Part shown: positions 29,166 to 42,522 of the stretch, piece by piece
How positions within the stretch are numbered: the first letter of the stretch is position 1
How the letters are laid out: each line of letters starts with the position of its first letter
Source: Amoebidium appalachense
Taxonomy: Eukaryota; Protista; Ichthyosporea
Reading direction: 5' to 3'
DNA: 64,000 bases
NCBI GenBank assembly: GCA_963693365.1
Contig: CAVNZM010000004.1
Coordinates: 2,626,389-2,690,388 of the forward strand
Translations under genes and position numbers: made by a program
Notes under the pieces: generated by a model
Told to the model about the DNA's origin: nothing
Database searches by the model: none
What the model saw: the letters and a program-made list of their open reading frames with translations, nothing else

Positions 29166-29597
29166 TTGGCCCCTTTCTCGCCCCCCTCGAGCTCAGCCCA
29201 CCCACTCCACCTCCCCCGCCTCCCCCCTCCTCCCAAAAAAAAAAGAAAAAGAAAAAAAAACATAATAAGCAGGGGCCTTGCCATGGGCAAGTTGTTGAGC
29301 AATTGCATTTATTACAGGCGAGTTAATTGCGTGGCAGCACATGGTCCAGCCATTTATTAGCACGTATGAACCGGATGTTTGAAATCATGTTGAACAGTGT
29401 TCATCTTTCATTGATATATTGGGTTAGTTGGAGCTGCCGGAGGAAAGGTTTGAGGAGGGAGGGTGGGGAATGAAAGGATTGGGAACCGTGCTGAGAAAAC
29501 ACAATTGCGCATCTGACCTTTATAATTATAGTTACACATGCGGACGAGCTCACTTAGCACGCTCATGTGCAACCAGCAACACGGTGTGCGGCACGTC

Positions 29598-30721
29598 TCA
29601 CTCCCCGGGGGCCCATGTGACCACCACGCCCAGGTCACTGCACACGCTGGATGCCATCTCGCTCACGCCGGCCTTCCGCTCGGCCCCAAAGAGGTGCAGC
29701 CGCAGACTTTGGTCCGTGTCAAGTGGCAGGATGCCAGCCTCCCACACAGCCGGACGGTAGACCAGCAGCTGGCCCAGGCCGTGGTGCCACTGCATGGCAT
29801 CTTTCACCTCCAATATCGCGGGGGGCTGTGCCTGCTCGACCCACACATCCAGCCGGTACTGCTCGGCCACAAACTCGGCAACCCCGCCCAGTTCTATGCA
29901 AGCCGGCTGCAGATTGCGTTCGTGCTCCCATTTGCACACTAGCCGCGGCGTGAGCTCGGCAAGTTGAGGCAGAAACCACATTCTGTCGACCATGCGCTGG
30001 GTGAGTGTGGTAGTGAACGTGTCCTGGCTCACTGCAGGTGCCCCGGAATGCAGGGTGTCACCCGTGACAACCCAGGCTGTTGCTGGCAGGTCCCGGTATC
30101 ACGGACTGCAACCATTGTGGCATGATGGCGACGGGGGACCAGGTCTTCGCCTGGACGGGATGCTTAGGAAAGGAGGCGCAGCACGCACACAGAATGAGCT
30201 CCCAGGCAGTGTTGTATAGCGCCTGTGTATAGCATGCGTACGGGTTAGCAATATCACGCTGACTTGTTCTGCACCGGCACCAACAACTTGGCCACGTGTT
30301 CTGGAGACGCCCCGTTCACGGACTTAGCCTGGGGCGAGGAAGGAAGGAGGGAAAGAAGTGCAAAAGTGGCGCCGGCGTGCTACAAAAATGCAAGGCATTG
30401 CAACAACACAAACAGGTGGAGGGGAGATGCATATGTTGGCGGAAAAAAAAAACTGTTGCAGAGCTCGAGTAAACATGTTCTTGCAGAAAAGAGAGAGGGT
30501 TCAGAAACGACGCCCCAGGCGTGTGTGTGCGGTGGCAGCCCAAATTTAGCATGCATGATGGAAACCACCCGTGCCTTGCAGGGGTTGAGGCGAGGGGTCC
30601 GCGGGGCCTTCACGTGCTTGTTGACCTTCGCCTCATGCTGCAGCTTCTGAAGGCTCCCCACCTTATCGCCGTGGTATGTGGGGAGGTTTTTTGTTGCTTT
30701 TTGTTTTGGATAAACTGACAT
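29598..30721 (-). pseudogene. Spliced gene (one in-frame TGA) ending in a PD-(D/E)XK nuclease-like domain of the type found after KilA-N domains in nucleocytoviruses and in cyanobacteria
   Basis: ORF 29598-30032 reads ERNLQ..LGGVAEF..YRLDV..ILEVKDAMQWHHGLGQLLVY..LRLHLFG..SVCSDLGVVVTW, matching the remembered pattern E..IQ..LGG.IE....ID.....IIEIK...W..A.GQ...Y....RIHLF...C...I.VT. The frame extends upstream through one TGA (30101-30099) to a 41-nt GTCAGC..CTAAC..CAG intron. Putative ATG at 30721. Confidence 0.6.
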
Positions 30722-32119
30722 TGAAGTTTTGTATTTATATGTCGGGCCTGTTTTCTGAGTGGCTGGTGATTGGTCGCCGTGCAGATCTAGATCTACCGGT
30801 AACACCGCGTATTTTTCAACAATTTGTAACGCCAATTATGCAAAAATTAAAAACGTGTCACACTGTTTATACGCCGCCTGGAAGCCCACCGTGCAAAGAC
30901 AACTGTGCGATTTTCTATATTTCCAACTTGAAAGATTGTTCCAGAACGAGTAATTAATACGTCTGTTACAAAAATACAATCGTTTCCCCAACATTTTCCC
31001 CCAATTATAGGTCAGTTTTGGTGCCGCTACCATGGGGCAAAGGTTCGGCAAAAGTAACCACTGGGTGCGACATTCCTATTGGCTAATAGCGACCGCCAAT
31101 GAAGCACTAGGACAAACTATCCCCCACAACTCCATTTGTAACCACGCCCATGATGCGCTACACATTCGGTTCATAGCATGCACTTGATACATTTGGCTAA
31201 CGCGTAAAGCCTTTCTCTCGTCTTCTAATTACACATACTGTGCATACTTGCTCATCCACCAGTTGAACAAATTCAGTAATAGAAATATAGACCGTGTAAA
31301 CCAAATCATGGATGCATCACATTCATGGTGGCGATTGCATTGGGGTCTTTGGAGAACGCGACTAGCGATAACAGCCACCAATCATCGGCTGGGCTGTGTC
31401 GCCCACGATTTCGTATTGAATCGTGGTACTGTAACCGTTTCGATGTGCATGAACTGCGAAGCTGGCTCGTACAGCTGGCTCGTACAAATGCATACTATGC
31501 ACAATATATGAGTACTGGGTAATGTTCACTTCCTGCGTGCCTGTGTGAGCCCAGCTGGGGGGGGGGGAGGGACCCAGGGGGCATGCAAGTGACCATCGGG
31601 CGGGGAGATGGCACAAGTAAGGGTATCTGATATAAGACTATCAGTACACTCTATATTGGAGGGTTTTCATTGGGGAGCCACTTTCATCCAATCTATCATG
31701 TTCGATCTAGTTTGCACCCTTCTGAGAAAGCATGCTGTGACCACGTGCCAGTTGGGGGGAAGGGGGTTGGGGGGAGACTTTTAGAGATGGGTCACCTTTA
31801 TAATGCTATCTCGTACTAATTGACACATTTGAAATGAATACACCAATCAAATGCGACGAAATAATCTGCCGCAATTTGCTATGTGTCACGCAGTGACATG
31901 CAGCAAGTTTTGCGCAGCCCAAAGGAGCGCCAAACCCTAGCTTGTACGATGTTTTTTCGGTCGGAAATACTTTGACTTGCTGAGGTAACAACGAGCAAGG
32001 GTCGGACACAGATAGACAGACAGGCAGACAGACAGACACACACACAAACAGAGAGAGGGAGAGAGAGAGAGAAAGAGAAAGAAAGAGAGAAGCGTGAGGA
32101 GACAGAGAGGGAGACGGAA

Positions 32120-32153
<34 letters not shown>

Positions 32154-32160
32154 GGGGGGG

Positions 32161-32241
<81 letters not shown>

Positions 32242-32574
32242 AGGTGTGTGTGTTGTGTGTCTATTGCTGGTTCTGTGTTTGTGTATTATCTCCAGTTGAC
32301 TCTGAGTCTGTACATGTGCGTATATACTGTCGTATGTGCGCGAGTTTGCGTGTATCATAACGTGCACGTGGATGTGGATGTGAAGCACGTCAAGAGAAAA
32401 GGAGAGGGAGATATGGAGAGGGGAATGAGGGGGAATGGGGACTCCACGTCCACCTGTTTTGATATTAAAGATCGGCCGACCTTTATAATGCTAACGCGCT
32501 ATGTAGGCGGAGGAGACCCTATGTCATGCTTGCGCAAGCTATTTCTACCAATCACGCACTGCTGGCAGTGAGCA

Positions 32575-32628
32575 GTTGTTGCCAAGGCCTCCTAAATAGC
32601 ACACCATTTAGGAGGCCTTGGTTGTTGC
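32575..32628. mobile_element. 38-bp hAT-type mini-element (32583-32620) with perfect 8-bp TSD
   Basis: GTTGTTGC | CAAGGCCTCCTAAAT agcacacc ATTTAGGAGGCCTTG | GTTGTTGC: 15-bp perfect TIRs, CA..TG ends, 8-bp direct duplication. Confidence 0.85.
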
Positions 32629-33600
32629 CGCAGGTCATACATGAGGTGGCCTTTTAAAGTTTACAGAACGCGGCAAACAGTCACAGGTTACGCATGTCTT
32701 TTGCGTGACTTACGCACTTACTTGAGGTTGTCGTCCTGTGGATTTGAGGCGAAGCGTTATAGGACTCATGATTTTCAGCTAATAGTGTTAGGATGGTAGA
32801 AGCTTGCGGGTTGGGGACTGGGGATCCGTTCAAAGCCACCCAAACAAGGTAACTTGGAGCATACCGAGTAGAGCATTTGAGTAGAGCCCTGAGTTGTGTC
32901 CTTACCAGCAGCACATGTTACAAACTACTGAGCCTAGCTCGACGTCCTAGTCGGATGCCGGCCGGTCACCATTCTCATTTAAGTAATTCCACCCGCGGTC
33001 TCAGCATCACGAAAGTGGTTCTTGTTCTGACACAATGATTTAGGGTAAGTGCCCCCCCTCCCCCCCCCCCCCCCCCCTCCTTCTCCCCCTATCCTTTTGC
33101 GCTTTGCTTCCCCCCTCCCCCCCCCCCCCCTCCTTCTTTCTTCGGTATTCCCAACACGTACAGCACACGGTTATGTAATTACAGTTTCCCATCTTTCGAC
33201 TTTTGTGCTCCCCCCTCCTCCCCCTCTTCCTTTCTTTCTTCTGCATTCCAACCTCTGCTGCACACGTTTCAGTAATTACAGTCTCCCACCTTTCGACTAA
33301 TCTTCTTCTAATGCGTTGAGCTACCTGAGCGTCTTCCCCCCCCCCCCCTCCCCCCCCCCCCCCACCCCCACCCACCCACCACCACCACCCTCCCCTCCCA
33401 CACCCACCCATCCACCCTTTTTTGGGGGTTGTCCTTGTTTCTTTTTAGTTCTTTTTGTCAACTCTTGGTATCACTCACATCGGGAAAGAAATTCCTTCGA
33501 ATCTCCAAGTCCACACGCAAACTTTGGGCCACGTACTTTTGCTCTGTAACCATTATAACATGGCCCAATGGACTGGCATCAACTTTTTACAGCCACGAAA

Positions 33601-33631
<31 letters not shown>

Positions 33632-33880
33632 ACACACCTTCTCCCCTTTCCCATTCTTTCCATCCTCCCAGCCCATCTCCGTGCATGAGCAAAGATTGAG
33701 GAACTCACTTTACTTTTAGGCTACGCATGTTCTCTCTCTCTCTCTCCCTCCCTCCCTCCCTCCCTCCCTCCCTCCCTCCCTCCCTCCCTCCCTCCCTCCC
33801 TCCCTCCCCCCCCCCCCCCCCCCCCTCCCTCCCTCCCTCCCTCCCTCCCCCCCCCCCCCCCCCTCCGTCCGTCCCTCCCT

Positions 33881-33975
<95 letters not shown>

Positions 33976-34311
33976 CCCCCCCCCCTCTCCCTCTCCCTCC
34001 CCCCCTCCCTCCCTCGCCCCTCCCTCCCCCTCCCCGGTACCCTGCCCTCACTCCTTTCCTCCCTTCCCCACCCCCTCTCTCCCTCTCCCTCCCTCCGTCT
34101 GTCCGTCCGTCCCTCCCTCCCTCCGTCCCCCCTCCCTGCTTTCCTCCCTTCTCCCCCCCTCCCCCCCACTCCCTCCCTCCGTCTCCCTCTCCCTCCATCC
34201 CTCCCTTCCCCCTCCCCCCTCCCCTCTCGTCTGTCTCTCTCTACGTGTCTCGAATAAACAGTGTAACCCCCCCCTCTCGCCTCTCTATGTATATTTATGT
34301 ATACACACACA

Positions 34312-34348
<37 letters not shown>

Positions 34349-35068
34349 CCCTCCCTCCCCCCTCCCCCCTCCCCCCTCCCCCCACCCCACCCCTTCATTC
34401 ACTCAGCACCGTCAGTTCTTACATGCACACACGGTCGCCTTTCCCCCCTCTTATTTTCATTTCTCGTCCCCCCTCCCCCCCCCCCCTCCCCCCCCGCCTG
34501 ACGTCTCTCCCCCGTGCTCTCCCTCCCTCCTTCCTTCCTCCCTCCTTTCTTTCTCTCTCTTCCCCCCCCTCCCCCTCCCCCTTTCTCTTCATACTCCTCA
34601 TGACACACACACACACATACACTCCCTCTCTCTATTTCTCCCCCCCCCCCCCCCCCCCTCTCCCCTTCCCTTTCTCTCTGTCCCTCACTCCCTCCCTCTC
34701 TTCACACAACCTCTCTCCCATGCACACACGGTCTCTCTTAACCTCTCCCCCCCCCCCCCCCCCCCCCCCCCCGCCCCCTTCCCTCCCAGAACCAAACTTC
34801 CTATACCTTCTGAACATCTTCCCAACACAACTCGACACCACGACACCCTTCCTGCCCACATTTCTGGCTCTGCAATCCCTTGAGCTATCCTTCAGTGCTG
34901 TACCCTCACGGTGGCCTCTATAGGTCTGGGTCACCAGGGTTTGGTTTTGCGATTCACCTTTAACGGTTAGTGTTGTGCTCCTTTATGAAACACTCATTTA
35001 GCAGCCCCCCCCCCCCCTGCCCCGCCCGCCCCTTCCGCCCATGTTCAATTGGTAAAGCAGTGTTAAAG

Positions 35069-35127
35069 CAGTATCTGAGTTGGATTTCGTCGACGAGGTG
35101 AATGGGTGCCTCGGTATGTGTGGATGT
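35069..35127 (+). repeat. 5' hairpin fragment of the dispersed structured repeat
   Basis: CAGTATCTGAGTTGGATTTCGTCGACGAGGTGAATGGGT closely matches 25788-25826. Confidence 0.7.
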
Positions 35128-35211
35128 TGTGTGTGTGACGTGTGTGTGTGTGTGTGTGTGTGTGTTTGTGTGTTTGTTTGTTTGTTCCCTTTTCCGTATC
35201 TCCCGATCTCC

Positions 35212-35242
<31 letters not shown>

Positions 35243-35303
35243 AAAAAAAAAAAAAGGGAAAAGAAAAAGAGGGGAAAAAAAGGAAAGGAGAAGAAAAGAA
35301 CAA

Positions 35304-35340
<37 letters not shown>

Positions 35341-35833
35341 TATATATATATAATTAAAGGCTTATAAAGCTACTTCATTTAAAGTCCCTTTATGGTCCTC
35401 GGCTCTGTGTCTTTCGACACAGAAACCCCCATCTACAAAGAAATTCGAATGATTCCTTCTCGTGGCAGTGTTTACCGTACTGGCATGTGTACTGTGCCAG
35501 TGTATGCCCTGTGATGTAGTGCATGTACGTGCACGAATACACCGGGCACACAACAGAATCTCCACTTGCATGCACTACTATGACATGTGTACCAACACTC
35601 AACCACCCACACATATACACACCATACCACACCACACCACACCACTCTCCCCCCCCTCCCCCCCCCCCCCCCCTTAGCACCAAACCTCCCAACACACACA
35701 AATAACCACACACACACACCCATACTGCCACACATCTTAGAATTCGTTACCACACACACTTGCACATACGGACACAAGTGTGTGTGCCTGTTGCGCACAC
35801 ACACGGGGACACATGTGCGCCCACATGACGCAT

Positions 35834-35880
<47 letters not shown>

Positions 35881-37124
35881 TACACACACACACACACATA
35901 CACAAGAACACAAGGTAAACGTGTGTGCGTGCTGTGTGTATGTGTTGATGCCACACAGTTTTGATACGTGCGTGCATATTAGTGTGTGATAGTGTGTCTG
36001 TGGTCCGAGCTTCAAGAGTGGATGTGTGGACGCGCAGGAAGCGGTTACGGGTGCAGGTGTCTAGACCTGCGTACCGTTCGTGCGCGCTACTTTATGCGTA
36101 CCTCGGACGTGTGACGTACAGGCACAGGGAGAAAGATGTTTCCCCTTAAGCCAGGCTACTTCTCGGAGGCTGACAGAACCCTTGCACCAAACTGTTTGCG
36201 TGCTAACGGGAGAACCATCACCTATGTTTCATGCATCACGGTACTACACATGCCCTTGGCAATCTGCATGGTTTCGGGCAGAACTCCGAGAAATAGCTAG
36301 CCTGGCTAACTAGAGGGTGAACGTATTTATGAGTGTGTCTGGTTTTTTCTCTCTGAAGCCGCCTTGCACAAACATCGTTAGCAATTCATGCTCCCGAGCA
36401 TCACATGTTCCCTGGTTTCTATTGTTTTTGGAAAAGAGAACCTTGAAGTGTGCAGGACCGCTGATGTTCGACAAGGGTCATCAGCCACCCGTAATGGAAC
36501 ATCGGGTTTTTTTTTAAAAAAAAGGCCCTGAAAAAAAAAGAAGAAAAAAAAGAGAAAAAAAACGAGGCTTAAATTTGAAACTTTAAAGGTAGAAAGAAAG
36601 GGGTAAGAAAAGGAAGGGAGAGCCAGAGGGCCGGGGGGGGGGGGGGGGGGGGGGGGAGGGGGGGGATTCTGATCCGAAGTTACTGATCGAAACGAATAAT
36701 CGCAAGCACTGACACCCTCAATATCATCCCTTCAGGCCAGACAGGCTGGGGGGCAGCCTGCAGCATGCCAACAGAGCGGCAAAGTTATAAATTCGGCAGG
36801 GCTGATTCAAGAGCCCATGCTAGTGCTATGTCGCCGGCCAGTGAGTTGGGCTCTGTGATGATTGCTTCATGATTGTCGACCCTTTTCATGATATTAAAGG
36901 TTTTGCTTTGGCCTTCCTTCAAGTGACCTCGGAGTCCCGTACTAAAGACCACGGCCCACACGGTGACACACCCGTTCTGTGCTTGCACGTACAAGCACAC
37001 GCTGATATACTCACAAATTTACATGCGGACACCCGCAACACATGCATGTATGGCCATAGTGCACGTGTCGACACACACACACACGTACAAATACACACAC
37101 ACGTGCACACACACACACACACAT

Positions 37125-37231
<107 letters not shown>

Positions 37232-37376
37232 GAGAGAGAGAGAGAGGGGGGGGGGGGGGGAGATCACAAAATGGCCTTAGGTCCCCTCCAAATTCCGGAT
37301 TTGAGGTCCGGCAAACAACGCAATATATATATAGATAATATATATATAGAGAGAGGGGGGGGGGGGGGGGGGGGGG

Positions 37377-37421
<45 letters not shown>

Positions 37422-37950
37422 CAAACACAACTTTCAACAGATGGTCAGGACACAACATGCAACCATGTACACCCTCCCCCGTGTACATGCACATCTATCT
37501 GATATTATACAACAGTGATCCACAGCCACCGTGACATGCACCGTGCACACATTTGACACAACGTGCGCCACGTAAACATCAATGGACTGACATGCGCAGA
37601 AGACGAACACAAGATTTGAAAACACACAAGCACGCTCGATGGTCACATAAACACGTGCTTGTCTGCACGCACAATGATACGGCTTATTATACACACACAC
37701 ACACAAAAACACGCACTGCACTGCACGCACACGCACGCGACACACACGTACACACGCACACTCACACGTGGGCACACGTGTACACACACAAACACAGACG
37801 TGCACACACTGGCAACATACACGCGCGCGCACACACATAAACGCAGGCACGTGCACACATGTACCACACGCACGCCGCTTAATGATGCATGTGACACAAA
37901 CACACACACACATACTGACGTGAACTATTGAACCACCATTCGTTAGTTAG

Positions 37951-38028
<78 letters not shown>

Positions 38029-38468
38029 GCACGCACGCATGCACGCACGCACACAACAGCGTACTCGCACACAGACCCACACACGCACGCACACACATGG
38101 ACATGAGGGGCACAAATGCGCGTGCACATTTCCTTCACGTGCACTACTCAAGCCACTCATTCACGTGGCTCGACGACCAAGTACGAAGACACATTATTGG
38201 GGTTTACGCTGTTTACTCGAGGCAAAGAGAGACCAGTCTCAGGTATGGGGGGGTTTTGCTCGGAATATCCCCTCAGCGGTATATCATGATCACGTACATA
38301 GATGTCGGGTGATGACTATATATCAGGGTTTACTTTCTCTACGAGACACCATAAAGACTAAGAGAAATCAATTAGTTGGGGTTCCCCGTTTTTTTTTTTT
38401 TTTTTTTTTTTTTCTTTTTTTTTTGTTTTTTTTTTTTGGGCTCCCCTGGGACACTCGGTATCAGCTGG

Positions 38469-38599
<131 letters not shown>

Positions 38600-38921
38600 C
38601 GATAGAATTTTGTAATGATGTGTTTCTCAAGCCAATCAATACATCTAATAAACAGGTCGCAGTTACGCGTGTTTAGCATAAAATCAAGGATGTTGTAATT
38701 TACAGGTAGGCTATCTTTCTGGGTGTCTGTTGTGAATGTGACGTGTGTGTGTTGCGGTATTATGTGGTCTATCAAACTAAATTTGGCGATACATGACCGT
38801 TTAAACTGGTGTGTGTGTGTGTTGTTTGGGCATGCAAACGATGCCACCTTACACTTATTAGATCTCCACTGTATAGCACGTGTACAGTAAAAGCGTGGTA
38901 ATTGATCAATAATACCATCAG

Positions 38922-39840
38922 CTAGAGAAGGCTAGTTCTACAGGAAGGTAATATGTATTTAGGTGTTATACATTTGCGAGTGCCATATTTGGCATTATGG
39001 TTGAGGCGGTCAGTATATATAAAACGAGACATAAGGCTTAGGTTTTCAAGGTGTCTGCTTTCATCGGGTCTACTGTCGTGTGGTATCTTTTTCCATTTGT
39101 TATAGTGCGTGATTATCTTGTGATTGTGTACATGTTTTATAAGTAAGTGGCAGTCCAAAGTCACACACACACCTTTGCGGGGTTTATTTGTATTTGTGCC
39201 CAAGGGAGAAGGGGAGAGAGAGGGAAGGAAAGAGGGGAGAGGTGAGGAGGGGGCAGGTCGGATAGAGAAGAGAGGGTGGGACCGGGGCAAATACTTCTTT
39301 AAGCGGCTTATGTGCTTATTGAATTTCAGCGCGAGATAGGATACTCTAGCAGCTATTGGGACCAGTCCATATATCGAGAGCGTTACAGGCCCAGGTTTAC
39401 AACAGTTGTTAGATAGAAAGGAGGCAACTATTGCTTCAAGGAAATTTGCCAAGGGTTTAAGCGCTCTAATTCTCTCTTTCTTTGTCCAAGCGGCGAGAAG
39501 GGGTAAACCATATTCACATGCCGGGAAGACAAAAGTGCGAATAAATGTAAGTTTAATAGAAGGATGGAGGGGTGTGTCTTTAAAAATATTAGCCGAGAAG
39601 AAAGCTAACCGCTTACGAGCCAACTCTACCCTCTTTTCGACCATGTGGGAAAACATAACACCAGCAGAATTAACCGGAACACCAAGATATTTGTATTCTG
39701 GAACTATAGGTACAGGTTTAGATGACAATGTAAATGTGTGTAAATTAATATGTTGGCTATATCAGGTACAAGAACACCACATTTGTCTATGTTAAGGATC
39801 ATAAGGTTTGCATTATTGACACACACGAGCTCTGTCAGCC
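38922..39840 (-). mobile_element. 5'-truncated non-LTR retrotransposon (LINE) fragment: end of the reverse transcriptase domain and thumb region
   Basis: VPIVPEYKYLGV, KLTFIRTFVFPACEYG and, frameshifted just upstream (~39810-39775), NLMILNIDKCGVL are typical late LINE RT motifs. Intronless and AT-richer than flanks. No YADD core present. Confidence 0.85.
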
Positions 39841-40774
39841 CTAGCAAGAACACACAGCTATCATAGGCACACAGGTACCATCAGGAGTGCACCTTCACAA
39901 GCACCAATATGCGACTCGACCTTGGCGATGGATAGTGCCGGAGCACAGTCAAACAAAGAGAAAGAGACGCACGCACGTGTATGGACACACGTGTACATGT
40001 ATCGGTGTGTACAGACACGCACACAATGAATACATGACATTGTTGGCAATCATTAGAGTCAGCGGCATCATTCATGACACATTGTTGAACAGATGTCTTG
40101 TTCACAGTCATGGGGGGCCGGGAGAGGTTGAGGAAGCCTTGAATTTTGGTTCGCTCGTGGTGGTGGTGTCGACCGGCAGTGAGTGGGTAGCCGCGGCCGG
40201 ATGGCCCAAGGAGGAAGGGGAACGAAAGGGGGAGGGGCTCAGGGGGGTTGTTGGGAGGGGGGAGGGGGTTGTTGGGAGGGGGGGGGAGGGGGGAGGGGGC
40301 GGGGGGGGGGGGGGGGGGGGGGGGGGGAGGGGGGGGGGGGGGGGGGGGGGGGACGAGCCCACGCTTACGGGCATGCCGGCAGGTGGCTGAGGTGAGGCTG
40401 TTACACGGCAGACCCGCCCGAGTCTTAAGACCCTCACTTTGTGTGTGTGAGGCGTTGGAATCTGCCCGGGCTACGTGAGCCTACATAGACTCCGCAGATG
40501 ATTGGCTCCGTTGGTTTTGTTTTGCCCCCCCTCTGTGAAAAAGATTAGAAAGTCTGAGAAGTTAGGTGGACTCCCCCAATCCTAGCTTGCTCAAGTTTCC
40601 CGCAGGTATGTAATAAGCATCGCATATGTGTGCAACAATATGTTCGACAAAAAAAAAAAAAGGGTGAAATATATGGTGTAATTCGCCTTTTAGCGAAACA
40701 CTGTCGCTTGAATATGCGACCTAACTTGATGCTACGACGATAAACATATTAGTCAAGAATTTCCTTTTCTGTCG

Positions 40775-40840
40775 GGAGCCCAATCAAATGCGCCAGTGCT
40801 AATGGAGAATGCATGCCACGGTCCTGCAACCAATCGGAGC
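40775..40840 (+). promoter_or_regulatory. CCAAT boxes upstream of the cyclin gene
   Basis: AGCCCAATCAAA (~40777) and AACCAATCGG (~40828) in a repeat-free interval. An opposite-strand CCAAT lies at ~40500. Confidence 0.3.
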
Positions 40841-41417
40841 CATCCATCTTTGATAAAGCTATAAACAATAGTCAACCATCGGGCTAGTAATCGGCGATTC
40901 AATTATCCCGCCCTTTTAACTTCCGGACAGAGAACCGAGAAGGCGGCATAACGAAAGCGTCACAAAATACAAACAGAGCCACAAAAAGATTACAATATAG
41001 CAATAATATATATGCTTAAAGCTTTTTTTAAAAACGATATTGCATAGTTTTAATTATGTATCTATTTTTCAGCATCTCAAAGCTAATGAGAGGGGAATAC
41101 TTTAGTAAGGCGCCTTGCGATTGGTACTATATCATTAATCTGTTTGTGACATTTTCTGTGAATACCGGCACCCCAGGGGGCTGTAACAAAACCCGCCCAC
41201 ATACTCATAACTGTTGTGTCAGCCTCAGCTGCCGTCAAGACACCACGTTTGTACGACAACTTAGTCATACCTTGGCAAGAGTTCCTTTTACTTGATACAA
41301 TAGACAACTGTATAACATCATCACAAAAAACAACCTCAATACTTCTCTCTTCGTGCACACTCTCACCTCCTTTTTTATAGCATATAGTTGCTCATCCTTA
41401 GCATCCTTCACATCAAA

Positions 41418-42170
41418 ATGCTTGTCGGACGTCTCCCATCCAACGTACCCTGCCGTCCAGGCTGTACTGAGGTAGCCCCTCACGTGTGCCTGCATGGCCA
41501 CGAGTCAGTTATGAAAGTTTCTGTGCGGCACCCGCTTGCAGATGACGGCCCGCTACCACAACATCTGGCCTCCCGGTCCAAATACGTGCCCAGTGTGACA
41601 TATTCTCACCCGCTGTCATACAACGGAACTCACACTAAACCTTTCGCACCGGCACCCATTCCCACCTCTCCCTCGTCCCTCATCGAAGCAACACCCTCCA
41701 GCGGTCCACTCTCCCACCTGGTTATGCGTTTTACAATTCGCTGTGAGGCGAAGAGTGGTTTCCTGGGGCAGACCTCTCTTTCCCCCTACCTCTACCTTCT
41801 CCTTCAGCGCACACGTGTGTCCAACGCATCCGTAGCGCTTGCACTGTGGTATGTGCACAGGCTATGCGACCTCGCCAAGCCGTTCCCGCGCGAAGAGGAA
41901 ATTTGTGGGCACTGCCTTGCCACAACGTGTTTAATGTTGGCCGAAAAATTCCTTCAGGATGGAGATCTCCCTACGCGCCGATGGGCCGAAGCGGCCGGGT
42001 GGACAATGAAAGACGCGAACAGGATGGAGAGACAGGCATTGAAGGCACTCGACTACAACCTGTTTGTTTCCCCCGAGACCTTCCAAGAATTCTTGCAGTT
42101 GTATAAGCACGATCCTCACCGTGTTCTCTGGGAGACCCAGCAGGGCCAGCCCCAGGCCGTCTACCGATGA
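41418..42170 (+). CDS. PHO80/Pcl-family cyclin, intronless
   Basis: Cyclin box: YLYLLLQRTRVSNASVALALWYVHRL..HCLATTCLMLAEKFLQD..RRWAEAAGWTMKDANRMERQALKALDYNLFVSPETF. First ATG at 41418 in AAAATG context. Confidence 0.88.
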   Translation: MLVGRLPSNVPCRPGCTEVAPHVCLHGHESVMKVSVRHPLADDGPLPQHLASRSKYVPSVTYSHPLSYNGTHTKPFAPAPIPTSPSSLIEATPSSGPLSHLVMRFTIRCEAKSGFLGQTSLSPYLYLLLQRTRVSNASVALALWYVHRLCDLAKPFPREEEICGHCLATTCLMLAEKFLQDGDLPTRRWAEAAGWTMKDANRMERQALKALDYNLFVSPETFQEFLQLYKHDPHRVLWETQQGQPQAVYR

Positions 42171-42522
42171 TTTATGAGAGAGTGAATGATGTTCGCAATT
42201 GGATCTCAAAGTGGGTTAGAGAGTTTACATCATCGTAAGGGGTTAAGGAAAAAACGAATTGATGGTATGTGTAGCGCTGTGCGCTCTAGTTCCTGAAATG
42301 CGAAAACATAGCGAGGCAGAAACGGCCTAGCCTAACAATTGTAGATACATGTGAAAGTAGTACGTAGAGATAAAACGAGTAAATGCTCTTGCCGCCGTCC
42401 GGGTTGCTGAGGGTGCAGGCAGCTGGTCTGCTTGAGTACGAATGGAACGAACAGAAAAAAACTAATAAAACGGCACGTTGATTTCAGAAAAACAAATCTG
42501 CATCAATGGGCAATGACATGCA

